Positions 1 through 9,396 of a DNA stretch of 37,404 nt are shown here, one piece after another; the stretch's first letter is position 1, and every line of letters starts with the position of its first letter. The DNA comes from Rhodobacterales bacterium (lineage in GTDB: Bacteria; Pseudomonadota; Alphaproteobacteria; Rhodobacterales; Rhodobacteraceae). The translations under genes and the position numbers were made by a program. The notes below the pieces were generated by a model. That model worked only from the letters and a program-made list of their open reading frames with translations. It ran no database searches and was not told the DNA's origin. The stretch covers positions 1-37,404 of the forward strand of contig JBBQGU010000001.1 in the NCBI GenBank assembly GCA_038323315.1. Reading direction: 5' to 3'.

Positions 1-180
1 TTGACCCCGCCCCGCACCCGGCCCAATCTGGCCCCCCCCCCCCAGGACCCCCACCAGGCCCAACAACGCAAATAACTCACCCCCGAAAACACCCCCAAGT
101 TAACCGCCCACGTAAGCAGTTTACAGGCCAAAACCGCCCCCAAAAGCAAGGGCTGCCTGCCAATCCCGACCCCCATCGAC

Positions 181-462
181 TTGAACCTGACCATGTCCGC
201 AACCGCCCTCACGGTCCACCAGACCGACCCCGAATGGTCCGCCTTGTCGGCCCGTTTCCCCGCCACCCCCGGCAGGCAGCCGATCAATAACCTGACCGCA
301 GACTTCGCCAAAAACTCTTTCCCCTTCCCAGATACCCGCAAGGACCACCCCACCCTGCTGACGGGGGCCGAAACAAACACTGACGCCCCGCCCAACGATC
401 AGGACCCGAAAAACCTTTACGCCACACACAGCCTTCCCAACGGGATCGAGGCAAACCCATGA
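181..462 (+). pseudogene. Degraded (or sequencing-error-rich) pyridoxamine 5'-phosphate oxidase family gene remnant
   Basis: Fragments LNLT, VHQTDPEWSALSARFPATPG, PTLLT.AE, KNL....LPNGI resemble the C-terminal half of this family as I recall it; stop overlaps the next ATG (ATGA 459-462); first ~450 nt are G-poor and C/A-rich. Confidence 0.45.
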
Positions 463-1148
463 CCCCCACCCCAATAACCCCAGACGACGCGCTCGCCCGG
501 TTGCAGGCGTTGTCCGACCCCATCAAGGCCGAACACGCCGCCGCCTATCACAAGACCCCTCGCCCCTATCTGGGCATCACCGTCCCCGATATCACCGCTT
601 TGGCCACCGAGTGGCGCGCCCATCTCGACACCGCCGAACGGGTCGCCGTGGCCGATCACCTGTGGCGGACCAACATCCATGAGGCCCGCGTGGCCGCCGC
701 CAAACTGCTGACCCAGGCCCGCATCGCCGACGATACCGCCACTTGGGATCTGATCGCATCCTGGGTCACCGGCTTCGACGCCTGGGCCATCGCCGACCAT
801 GCCTGCGACGCCGGCAACCGCCGCCTGATCGCCGACCCCAACCGTCTGGATCAGGTAGAGCCCTGGATCACCCACGCGAACGTGTGGACCCGCCGCGCGG
901 CCCTCGTGATGACCCTGCCCTGGACCAAGCAGAACTTCCCCAAACCCCACGACTTGCAAATCCGCGACCGCGTCCTCGGCTGGGCGGCAACCATGATCAC
1001 CGACAAGGACTGGTTCATCCAAAAAGCCATCGCCTGGTGGCTGCGCGACCTGTCCAGACACGATCCCCAGCGTGCCCACGATTTCCTTGACGGACCCGGC
1101 CAAGGCATGAAACCCTGGGCCCGCAAAGAGGCCGCGAAACACCTGTGA
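459..1148 (+). CDS. DNA alkylation repair protein (AlkD-like HEAT-repeat glycosylase family)
   Basis: YLGITVP, HEAR, FDAWAIADH, NVWTRRAA, WFIQKAIAWWLRD, RKEAAKHL motifs. Confidence 0.85.
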   Translation: MTPTPITPDDALARLQALSDPIKAEHAAAYHKTPRPYLGITVPDITALATEWRAHLDTAERVAVADHLWRTNIHEARVAAAKLLTQARIADDTATWDLIASWVTGFDAWAIADHACDAGNRRLIADPNRLDQVEPWITHANVWTRRAALVMTLPWTKQNFPKPHDLQIRDRVLGWAATMITDKDWFIQKAIAWWLRDLSRHDPQRAHDFLDGPGQGMKPWARKEAAKHL

Positions 1149-1206
1149 CCTCACCCTTCGGTGATGCCCCTTGCCGCCTCGCCTCCAAGGGCCTACCCTG
1201 TCATCC

Positions 1207-2205
1207 ATGAACGCGCCCCTCATCGACCCCTTCGCCCGCGCCATCAGCTATCTGCGCGTCTCGGTCACCGACCGCTGCGATTTCCGCTGCGCCTATTGCA
1301 TGACCGAACACATGACCTTCCTGCCCAAAGCCGAACTTCTCACATTGGAGGAGTTGGACCGCCTCTGTTCCACCTTCATCGGCCTCGGTGTCGAGAAACT
1401 GCGCATCACCGGCGGCGAACCCCTCGTCCGCAAAGGCATTCTGACGTTTTTCGAGGCAACGGCCCGGCATTTGCAAACCGGCGCGCTCAAGGAGTTGACC
1501 CTGACCACCAATGGCAGCCAACTGCGCAAATACGCGGCCGACCTCGCCGCCCTGGGGGTCAGGCGCGTCAATGTCTCGCTCGACACGCTGGACGACCGCA
1601 AATTCGCCGAGATCACCCGCTGGGGCCGCCTGCCGCAAGTGCTGGACGGCATCGAGGCCGCCCGCGAGGCGGGGCTGAAGGTCAAGATCAACACCGTGGC
1701 GCTGAAAGGTTTCAACGAAAACGAACTGTTCACCCTCACCGAATGGTGCGCCGCTCAGGGCCATGACCTGACCTTCATCGAGGTCATGCCGATGGGAGAC
1801 ATGGGCGAAACCCAGCGTGTGGATCAGTATTGGTCCTTGAACGACCTGCGCGCACGACTTGCAACCCGCTACACCATCAGTGACCTGACCGAACGCACCA
1901 GCGGCCCCGCCCGCTATCTGCGTCTGCATGAAACGGGCCAGAAGATCGGCCTGATCACCCCGCTGACGCATAATTTCTGCGAAAGCTGCAACCGCGTTCG
2001 TCTGACCTGCACCGGCGAGTTGTACATGTGTCTGGGGCAGGAAGACATGGCTGACCTGCGCGCGCCCCTACGCGCCAGCCCGGACGATACCCACCTGCAA
2101 GATGCCATCCGCGCCGCCATCGCTCGCAAACCCAAGGGCCATGACTTCGACTACACGCGCCAATCCGGCCAAACCAGACGCCACATGAGTCACACAGGCG
2201 GCTGA
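1207..2205 (+). CDS. moaA: GTP 3',8-cyclase (molybdenum cofactor biosynthesis)
   Basis: [17 protein letters not shown] radical-SAM motif, [16 protein letters not shown]...C second cluster, C-terminal MSHTGG; ATG 1207 chosen. Confidence 0.97.
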   Translation: MNAPLIDPFARAISYLRVSVTDRCDFRCAYCMTEHMTFLPKAELLTLEELDRLCSTFIGLGVEKLRITGGEPLVRKGILTFFEATARHLQTGALKELTLTTNGSQLRKYAADLAALGVRRVNVSLDTLDDRKFAEITRWGRLPQVLDGIEAAREAGLKVKINTVALKGFNENELFTLTEWCAAQGHDLTFIEVMPMGDMGETQRVDQYWSLNDLRARLATRYTISDLTERTSGPARYLRLHETGQKIGLITPLTHNFCESCNRVRLTCTGELYMCLGQEDMADLRAPLRASPDDTHLQDAIRAAIARKPKGHDFDYTRQSGQTRRHMSHTGG

Positions 2206-2250
2206 TCCGGTTTCACTCTGGCCCAAATACTCCCGTCCGAGGCTCCCAGC

Positions 2251-2859
2251 TTAGCCCCCGCGCAATATCACATCCGCCGGACCCGACCCCAACGTGACAC
2301 GCCGGATATTGGGCATATCGTTGCTGTCGATCCAGGCGCGGGCGTCTTCGTCGGTCTTGCCGTAATGCGCCCAACGGGCCACCAGACGGCGGTCCAACTC
2401 GGCCTCGTCCACCTCGATCCACACGGTCAGATCGAACAGCGAGCGCAATTCCGGCCATGGAGCCTCGTTCAGCAGCAGATAATTGCCCTCGACCACCAGC
2501 AGGCGGTCGGCGGCGGTGACGATGTCTGCCCCGGCGCGGGAAATCTCCAGATCGCGGTCGAACAGCGGGATCGCCACCTCGTCCTCGACCCGCAACCTTT
2601 GCAGCAGATGCTGAAATCCGCGCACGTCAAAGGTGTCGGGCGCGCCCTTGCGCGCGCGGGCACCACGGGCGATCAGTACGGCATCGTCGTAGTGAAAACC
2701 GTCCATCGGCACGGCCTTGGCCCCCTGACCCAGCAACGCCACCAGTTCGGCAGCCAGCGTGGACTTTCCGGCACCGGGCGGTCCGGCAAGTGCGGTCAGG
2801 AACCGCGCCTTGCCCTTGGCCCGGTCCCGGATCAGATCGGCCAAAGCAGCCGGAGTCAT
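2251..2859 (-). CDS. frcK: P-loop kinase of the fructose ABC operon (FrcK-like)
   Basis: GPPGAGKST, PMDGFH, KGAPDTFD, VEGNYLLL; last gene of the sugar ABC operon, ATGA overlap with the ATPase. Confidence 0.8.
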   Translation of the reverse strand: MTPAALADLIRDRAKGKARFLTALAGPPGAGKSTLAAELVALLGQGAKAVPMDGFHYDDAVLIARGARARKGAPDTFDVRGFQHLLQRLRVEDEVAIPLFDRDLEISRAGADIVTAADRLLVVEGNYLLLNEAPWPELRSLFDLTVWIEVDEAELDRRLVARWAHYGKTDEDARAWIDSNDMPNIRRVTLGSGPADVILRGG

Positions 2860-3647
2860 GCCGCCTCGTTCAGGTCATCGGGCAGTTTCGCGCCGGTCAT
2901 ATAGGCCACGGCATCCGACATCGAATGTTTCTTGGGGTCGATCACGCACAACCGGCGGCCCAGTCGGTGGATATGCACCCGATCACACACCTCGAACACA
3001 TGCGGCATGTTGTGGCTGATCAGGATGATCGGGATGCCGCGCCCCCGCACATCCTTGATCAGATCCAGCACCCGGCGGGATTCCTTGACGCCCAAGGCTG
3101 CGGTGGGTTCGTCCAGGATCACCACCTTGGACCCAAAGGCCGCAGCCCGCGCCACCGCCACGCCCTGCCGTTGACCGCCCGACAGGGTTTCCACCGCCTG
3201 ATCGATGTTCTGAATCGTCATCAGACCCAGTTCCGACAGCTTTTTGCGGGCAAACTCGCGCATTGCCGCGCGGTCTGTCATGCGGAACACCGAGCCCAGG
3301 ATACCGGGCTTGCGCAATTCGCGCCCCAAAAACATGTTGTCGGCGATGGACAAGGCCGGCGACATGGCCAGGGTTTGATAGACAGTCTCGATCCCGGCAT
3401 GACGGGCATCGTCGGGACTGCGGAAATGTATAGCCTTGCCATCCAGTTCGATCGTGCCATGGTCGGGGTTCACCGCGCCCGACAACGCCTTGATCATGGT
3501 GGATTTACCGGCACCGTTGTCGCCGATGACCCCAAGGATTTCCCCCGGATACAGGTCGAAATCACAGCCGTTCATCGCCACCACCGTGCCATAGCGCTTC
3601 ATCAACCCGCGTGCGCGAATAATGGGTTGCGTATCAGGATGCGTCAC
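2856..3647 (-). CDS. frcA: Sugar ABC transporter ATP-binding protein
   Basis: GDNGAGKST, LSGGQRQ, ILDEPT, ISHN; GTG 3647 overlaps permease stop (GTGA). Confidence 0.9.
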   Translation of the reverse strand: MTHPDTQPIIRARGLMKRYGTVVAMNGCDFDLYPGEILGVIGDNGAGKSTMIKALSGAVNPDHGTIELDGKAIHFRSPDDARHAGIETVYQTLAMSPALSIADNMFLGRELRKPGILGSVFRMTDRAAMREFARKKLSELGLMTIQNIDQAVETLSGGQRQGVAVARAAAFGSKVVILDEPTAALGVKESRRVLDLIKDVRGRGIPIILISHNMPHVFEVCDRVHIHRLGRRLCVIDPKKHSMSDAVAYMTGAKLPDDLNEAA

Positions 3648-4723
3648 TTCGATGCCCTCCGCAGATATTGATCCAAAGCCACGGCGATGATGACCAGACA
3701 GCCCGTCGCAAAGGTCTGCCAATAACTGTCGACCCCCGCCAGCGACAATCCGGTAATGAACACCCCCACGATGATCGCCCCCAGCACGGATCCCGCAATC
3801 GACCCGCGCCCGCCGAACAGCGATGTGCCGCCGATCACCACGGCGGTAATTGAATCCAGGTTGATCGTCTCGAAACCGATCGGGCTGATCGACTGAACCC
3901 GCCCGATGGCAATCCAGGCCGTAAATCCGCAGATCAGTCCCGCAACGCCATAGACCGAGATCAAGGTCTTATCCACTGCGATCCCCGACAGCATCGCCGC
4001 ATCCGGGTCATCGCCCAGAGCATGCACATGACGCCCCCAGGCCGTTCGGTTCAGCACGTACCAGCACAGCCCCGCTGCGATCACCAGCATGATCATGCCA
4101 AAGGTCACAGTAGCACCAAAGAATTTGAACTTTTCGCCAAAGAACAGCAGTTCCGGCGCCTTCTCTGCAATGTCCACGTTGCGGATCGATTCCGATCCCG
4201 AATAGGCCAATTTCAGCGCCCTGAAGATCGACAATGTGCCCAGGGTCACAATGAAGGGCGGCAGTTTGACCTTGGCCACCAACCAGCCATTGAACAGCCC
4301 CATCGCCGTGCCCGCAGTGATGCCGATGATAATCGCGAGGTAGACTGGCACACCATGCTCGACCGCCAGTTGCCCCATGATCAACGAGGACAGGATGACG
4401 ATCTCACCCACCGACAGGTCGATACCCGCCGTCAGAATGACAATCGTCTGCGCCAGTGCCACGAACCCGGTCACCGTCACCTGTTGCAACACCGTCGTCA
4501 GCGCGCCAAGCCCCAGAAAGCGCGGATTGGCCAAGCCAAAGCACAGCACCGATATGATCAGCACCAAGGCCGGAATCATTGTTGGATTATCGCGCAGGAA
4601 CGACCGCAGCTTTGACAGGAACGTCTTGTCGTCGCGGTCAAATTGCGCGACCTGCTTGTCGGCTTGATCGAGCTTTGCCTCGAAATCGGACATCGTCTTG
4701 GTCGGTGTGTCTGGATTGGTCAT
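3644..4723 (-). CDS. frcC: Sugar ABC transporter permease (RbsC family)
   Basis: Multiple TM segments, GIDLSVG, PPFIVTLG, AVVIGGTSLFGGRGS. Confidence 0.9.
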   Translation of the reverse strand: MTNPDTPTKTMSDFEAKLDQADKQVAQFDRDDKTFLSKLRSFLRDNPTMIPALVLIISVLCFGLANPRFLGLGALTTVLQQVTVTGFVALAQTIVILTAGIDLSVGEIVILSSLIMGQLAVEHGVPVYLAIIIGITAGTAMGLFNGWLVAKVKLPPFIVTLGTLSIFRALKLAYSGSESIRNVDIAEKAPELLFFGEKFKFFGATVTFGMIMLVIAAGLCWYVLNRTAWGRHVHALGDDPDAAMLSGIAVDKTLISVYGVAGLICGFTAWIAIGRVQSISPIGFETINLDSITAVVIGGTSLFGGRGSIAGSVLGAIIVGVFITGLSLAGVDSYWQTFATGCLVIIAVALDQYLRRASK

Positions 4724-4776
4724 CGCTGGTGTTGCCCCCCCGGTCCGTGGTCCGGGATTTAACCCCCCGGTATGCA

Positions 4777-4802
4777 GAAGGGCGAGAGTAACCTCGCCCT
4801 TC
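4777..4802. terminator. Intercistronic stem-loop after the substrate-binding protein gene
   Basis: GAAGGGCGAG-agtaac-CTCGCCCTTC perfect 10-bp inverted repeat. Confidence 0.6.
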
Positions 4803-4840
4803 CATTAATCAAGCCAGACCTTCAGGCCCGGATCAGCGTA

Positions 4841-5854
4841 TCAGCCCCAGCACAGTTCTGTGCCTTTGGTGGTGTCCAGCGACGGCACGCCTTCGGCGGG
4901 CTTGTCGGTGATCAGGTTCACGCCGGTGTTGAAGAAGGACAGGCCCTCGGTCACGGCAGGCTTCGTGCCATCCTTGGAGAAGGCAATGATGGCCTCGATG
5001 CCCTTGGACGCCATCAGCAGCGGATACTGCTGCGAGGTGGCACCGATCACGCCCGACTTGACCGCGGCAACACCGGGGCAGCCGCCGTCAACCGACACGA
5101 TGATTGCCTGGTTTTCCTTGCCCGCCGCTTTCAGGGCCTGATAGGCACCTTCGGCTGCAGGCTCGTTGATCGTGTAGACCACGTTGATGTCGGGGTCTTT
5201 GGCCAGCAGGGTTTCCATGGCCTTCTGGCCGCCAGCCGGGCTCGCGTCCGACGATTCGTGACCGATCACGCGCGGATCGGTTTCCGAACCCATGACCGTC
5301 AGATCCGGCACTTCGATGCCGAAACCCACCAGGAACCCGGTGTCGCGCGCCACGTCGACGCTGATGTTGTCCTTGTTGATGTCCAGCATGGCGATCTTGG
5401 CGGTGGCGGCACCCTCGCCCATCGTGGCGGCAGCCCATTTGCCGATCAGCAGGCCCGCTTCAAAGTTGTCGGTTGCAAAGGTGATGTCCTGTGCGTCCTT
5501 GTCGGCCAGCGGCGTATCCAGCGCGATCACCAGAATACCAGCCTCACGCGCAGCCTTCAGGGCCGGCCCGACGCTGTCGTTCGACGGTGTGATCAGGATA
5601 CCCTTGGCACCCGCCGCAACGCAGTTTTCGATGGCGGTGATCTGCGGTGCAGCGTCGCCGTCTTTCACGCCGGCAGCGGCCTGAAAGTCCAGACCAGCAG
5701 CGGTGGCAGCCGCTTCGGCGCCTTCGCGCATCTTCACGAAGAAGGGGTTGGTGTCGTTCTTGGTGATCAGGCAAGCCAGATCGGCAGCAGTCGCGGAACC
5801 TGCCATCAGCGCAATGGCGGCAGCGCCCATCAGGGCAGCAGCTTTGAGTTTCAT
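4841..5854 (-). CDS. frcB: Sugar ABC transporter periplasmic binding protein (fructose/ribose/mannose type)
   Basis: Signal peptide MKLKAAALMG...ATA, LITKNDTNPFFVKM, ATDNFEAG, VYTINEPAA, SVDGGCPG, C-terminal CWG; GGAGGA RBS. Confidence 0.9.
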   Translation of the reverse strand: MKLKAAALMGAAAIALMAGSATAADLACLITKNDTNPFFVKMREGAEAAATAAGLDFQAAAGVKDGDAAPQITAIENCVAAGAKGILITPSNDSVGPALKAAREAGILVIALDTPLADKDAQDITFATDNFEAGLLIGKWAAATMGEGAATAKIAMLDINKDNISVDVARDTGFLVGFGIEVPDLTVMGSETDPRVIGHESSDASPAGGQKAMETLLAKDPDINVVYTINEPAAEGAYQALKAAGKENQAIIVSVDGGCPGVAAVKSGVIGATSQQYPLLMASKGIEAIIAFSKDGTKPAVTEGLSFFNTGVNLITDKPAEGVPSLDTTKGTELCWG

Positions 5855-5960
5855 TGGTCGTCCTCCCAAGAGTGAAGGGGATGTTTCCCCGCTGGCAATT
5901 CATAAAGTCGGGTTACAAATGCCCAACGATTGCGGCACAAAACCTGATTCGACCCGTGTC

Positions 5961-5996
5961 GTCAAGTTAAATAAATCCGAGTGATTTATTATTGAC
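5961..5996. promoter_or_regulatory. Palindromic operator between divergent frcB and fucU/ROK genes (likely ROK-regulator site)
   Basis: AATAAATC-cgagt-GATTTATT (5970-5990) flanked by GTCAA and TTGAC. Confidence 0.65.
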
Positions 5997-6071
5997 AGGC
6001 CGCCCATTTCCCCACCAATGTGCACGAATCCAGCCTGCCCGTCAGGCTAACTCAACCCCGGTGCCCCCCAC

Positions 6072-6512
6072 ATGCTGATCGGTATTCCACCCATTCTTGG
6101 ACCCGACCTGTTGTACACCCTGCGTTCGATGGGTCATGGGGACGAGATCGCCTTGGTGGATGGCAACTACCCGGCTCAGGACCATGCCCGCCGCCTTGTC
6201 CGCGCCGATGGCCACGGCGTTCTGGCTTTGATCGAGGCGATCCTGACCGTCATGCCGCTGGACCATCTGGGGCCCGCCGCCGCATTGCGAGCGTCTCTGA
6301 ACAACGACAAGACCCAGGCCAGCCCGTTTCACCACGCGGTTGACGCCCTTGTGGCCCGCATGGCTCCCGGCTTTCACATGACCCCGCTGGACGGCGCCGA
6401 CCTTTACCCCCGAATCCGCGCCGCTCACACCGTGGTCGCGACGACCGAGGCGGCACTGTATGGCAATGTGATCCTGCGCAAGGGCGTCGTGGTCCTGCCG
6501 GGGTCGGGCTGA
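6072..6512 (+). CDS. RbsD/FucU family sugar mutarotase/pyranase
   Basis: MGHGDEIALVDGNYP and YGNVILRKGV motifs. Confidence 0.9.
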   Translation: MLIGIPPILGPDLLYTLRSMGHGDEIALVDGNYPAQDHARRLVRADGHGVLALIEAILTVMPLDHLGPAAALRASLNNDKTQASPFHHAVDALVARMAPGFHMTPLDGADLYPRIRAAHTVVATTEAALYGNVILRKGVVVLPGSG

Positions 6513-6519
6513 CCGGCAA

Positions 6520-7743
6520 ATGGCCAGCCAATTCATAGATACAGACCCGACACGCCCCGATGCCCCCCCCTTGCGTGGCACCAATCAAGCCGGGATGCGC
6601 GACTATAACGAACGGCTCGTCTTGTCTTTGGTGCGGCAAAACGGGGCTTTGGCCAAGTCGGATATTGCCCGCCTTACCGGACTTTCCGCGCAAACCACCT
6701 CCGTCATCATGCGCGCCTTGGAACGGGACGGTTTGCTGAAACGTGGGCAGCCCGTCCGCGGTCGCATCGGCCAACCTTCGGTGCCAATGTCCCTGCACAA
6801 GGATGGCGCGTTTTTTCTGGGCCTGAAGATCGGACGCAGGTCGACCGACCTTGTGATCGTTGATTTCATGGGCACCGTCCGCGCCACGCAGCACCGGGTC
6901 TACCGCTATCCCACCCCTGCCGCCGTGATTGCCTTTGTGGCCGAGGCATTACCGGGGCTGCTCAAGGTGCTGACCTCGGATCAACGGGGCAGGCTCAGCG
7001 GCATGGGCGTCGCAATGCCCTTCCAGTTGTGGAACTGGGTGCAGGCCTTGGGCGCCCCCCAAGCCGAGATGGACGGCTGGCGCGAGCGCGACATAGCAGG
7101 CGAACTGACCGCGATCTGCGGCGTGCCGGTCTATGTCCAAAACGACGCCACCGCCGCCTGCGGGGCTGAACTGGTCTTTGGCGCAGGAGACCGTCCCAAG
7201 GATTTTCTGTATTTCTACTTTGGCACCTTCATTGGCGGCGGCCTTGTCCTCAACGGCCAGTTGTTCCTTGGTCGAACCGGCAATGCCGCCGGTGTCGGCC
7301 CCATTCCCGTGCCCGGCCCCGGCGGCACCGTCCGCCCGTTGTTCGACAGCGCATCACTGTCCGTCCTCGCCGAGATGATGGAGGCAGCGGGCGAGAGCTC
7401 TGACCATATCTGGGAACGCCCGACCGGCTGGACCGTTTCGGAACCTGTGCTGTCCAATTGGATGGATATCGCGGCCGAGGGCCTCGCCGGGGCCATCCTC
7501 TCTGCCGCCGCCTTGCTGGAACTGGAAGCCGTGCTGATCGACGGCTGGATGCCCGCCCCGGTCCGCGCCGAGATCACGGCACGCACCGCCGCTGCGCTGC
7601 ACCGCCGGGACCTGTCCGGCATTACGCCACCTGCGGTGCGCGAGGGGACTGTGGGCGCGCAGGCGCGATCGCTTGGGGCGGCGGCAATTCCGCTCAGCCA
7701 GCGTTACCTGATCGATCAGAACGCTGCAGCCCGCGCGCCTTGA
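6520..7743 (+). CDS. frcR: ROK family transcriptional regulator (FrcR-like)
   Basis: N-terminal HTH (KSDIARLTGLSAQT), QNDATAAC, GTFIGGGLV; adjacent to frc operon. Confidence 0.85.
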   Translation: MASQFIDTDPTRPDAPPLRGTNQAGMRDYNERLVLSLVRQNGALAKSDIARLTGLSAQTTSVIMRALERDGLLKRGQPVRGRIGQPSVPMSLHKDGAFFLGLKIGRRSTDLVIVDFMGTVRATQHRVYRYPTPAAVIAFVAEALPGLLKVLTSDQRGRLSGMGVAMPFQLWNWVQALGAPQAEMDGWRERDIAGELTAICGVPVYVQNDATAACGAELVFGAGDRPKDFLYFYFGTFIGGGLVLNGQLFLGRTGNAAGVGPIPVPGPGGTVRPLFDSASLSVLAEMMEAAGESSDHIWERPTGWTVSEPVLSNWMDIAAEGLAGAILSAAALLELEAVLIDGWMPAPVRAEITARTAAALHRRDLSGITPPAVREGTVGAQARSLGAAAIPLSQRYLIDQNAAARAP

Positions 7744-7764
7744 CGGCAACCCACGCCTGAAGCC

Positions 7765-8619
7765 TCAGATCTTGCTATCCTTGATCCAGCTTTCGATCAA
7801 TTCCTTGCTGGCCTCGAAGTGCATCGAATCCTCGCGGCCGTATCCTGCCCCCCAAACCCAGCCATCGGCGTTGAAAAAGTCTGACAGGATGGTCAGCCCC
7901 AACTGGGTACGCCCATCTCCCAGCGTATCCAGCACGCCATCAATGTTCAGATCCACCGACAGGCCAAACGAATGCGACGACACCGACGAGGCCGAGCCGC
8001 GTACCAGCCGCACACACAGCGCGCCTGCGGTGTTGATGCGGGCATACAGATCGGGGTCAGCCAACTTGACCTTTTCCAGCACGACCCCAAGCGAGTCGAT
8101 TGCGGGTTTCAGCATGCTGACCTTGACCGGCCCGACCTGACTGTTCTGCAGCAAGCCCGCCAGACGTGGGTTGGTCATCTTGGCACAGGTGTCGCCCAGA
8201 TTGTCGGCTGGCGGCCCGAATGTCTGGATCAGCCAACTTGATGTCGGCACCGTCAACCCCTTGTTCAGCGCCCGCCGGTCCGCCACCAGGACAACCTGCG
8301 CATACTGATCCAGAATGTCATTCGGCCCCGAAGGCGAGATGATCTGCATCCCGCCGTCCGCCACCGGCCCTGTCGGCCCCGCCTCCAGGGCGATGACACG
8401 GCTTTCCAACGCATCCACCTGATCGCGCAACTGGGCGATCAGTTCGGCCTGGACCTCCAGATCGCCATGCATCAACTCGATCTCGATCCGCGCATTGTTG
8501 TCCACGGCCCCGCCACCCTCGGCCATGCCTTTGGGCGGAAAAAACAGCGGGATGCTAACAATGATCAGCGCCCCGATCAGAATCGAGACCGATAACAAGA
8601 TTGCAGGAATCAGCCGCAA
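7765..8619 (-). CDS. Membrane-anchored M15 family Zn-metallopeptidase (peptidoglycan peptidase)
   Basis: N-terminal TM, coiled coil, SSHSFGLSVD and EDSMHFE zinc motifs; TTG start uncertain. Confidence 0.8.
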   Translation of the reverse strand: MRLIPAILLSVSILIGALIIVSIPLFFPPKGMAEGGGAVDNNARIEIELMHGDLEVQAELIAQLRDQVDALESRVIALEAGPTGPVADGGMQIISPSGPNDILDQYAQVVLVADRRALNKGLTVPTSSWLIQTFGPPADNLGDTCAKMTNPRLAGLLQNSQVGPVKVSMLKPAIDSLGVVLEKVKLADPDLYARINTAGALCVRLVRGSASSVSSHSFGLSVDLNIDGVLDTLGDGRTQLGLTILSDFFNADGWVWGAGYGREDSMHFEASKELIESWIKDSKI

Positions 8620-8823
8620 GACACACCTTTCGAGGTCGGATCGACGCGCACATTAAGGCCGCATCCGCATCAGGACGCAAGCCAATCGTGCCCCTGCCGG
8701 CAAAGCCAGTGCGCGAAAACCCAGTGCGGGAAAACGATGCCCGCCCCTGCACATTCCGTTTGCAACGCCGCCGCCTTGGATTATGCTGACCCTTGCATTC
8801 AGTTCATTGCGAAAGGAAGCTCC

Positions 8824-9372
8824 ATGTATCGCAGCATTTCCGCCGTTCTTCTTGTTTTGACCGCCACATCCGCCTTTGCGCAGGATGACAGTACCCTGAC
8901 CGCCGAGCAACTGGCCGCCAAGTTCATTGCCCAGCAAGCGACCCGCGGCCTTGTGATCGCACCGTCAGGCGATGCCGCCCCGGCGGATGGCGCCACGGCA
9001 CTGCCCGCCGACACCACCTATGCCTCGGTCGATCCCAATGCCCAGGTCAACTTTCAGATCAAATTCGCCTTTGACTCCGCCGCCCTCGCGCCCGACGAAA
9101 TCTCGAAACTGGCGACGCTGTGCGAGGTGATCAAAACCTCTGACATCGCGCAATTCAAGATCATCGGCCATACCGACGCCTCGGGCGCCGACAGTTACAA
9201 CCAGAACCTGTCGCTGCTGCGGGCCGAGGAGGTCAAGCGCCGGCTGGTCGAGGATTGCGAGGTGCCGGACACCAAACTGGTCGCGACCGGCGTGGGCGAG
9301 GCGTTTCCTATCGACGCCTCAGACCCCCGCGCCGATGTCAACCGCCGGGTCGAGTTTCAGGTCGGCAGCTAA
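8824..9372 (+). CDS. OmpA-like peptidoglycan-binding domain protein
   Basis: Signal peptide ending AFA, FAFDSA, IIGHTDASG..YNQNLSLLRA, NRRVEF. Confidence 0.9.
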   Translation: MYRSISAVLLVLTATSAFAQDDSTLTAEQLAAKFIAQQATRGLVIAPSGDAAPADGATALPADTTYASVDPNAQVNFQIKFAFDSAALAPDEISKLATLCEVIKTSDIAQFKIIGHTDASGADSYNQNLSLLRAEEVKRRLVEDCEVPDTKLVATGVGEAFPIDASDPRADVNRRVEFQVGS

Positions 9373-9396
9373 GCGTCCAAGGGGGGATGACAAGGG

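Noticed and set aside
8706-8735. 15-bp tandem repeat CCAGTGCG(C/G)GAAAAC x2 as CRISPR or mobile-element end
   Set aside because: Only two adjacent copies, no spacers or cas/transposase; likely slippage duplication or a local regulatory site
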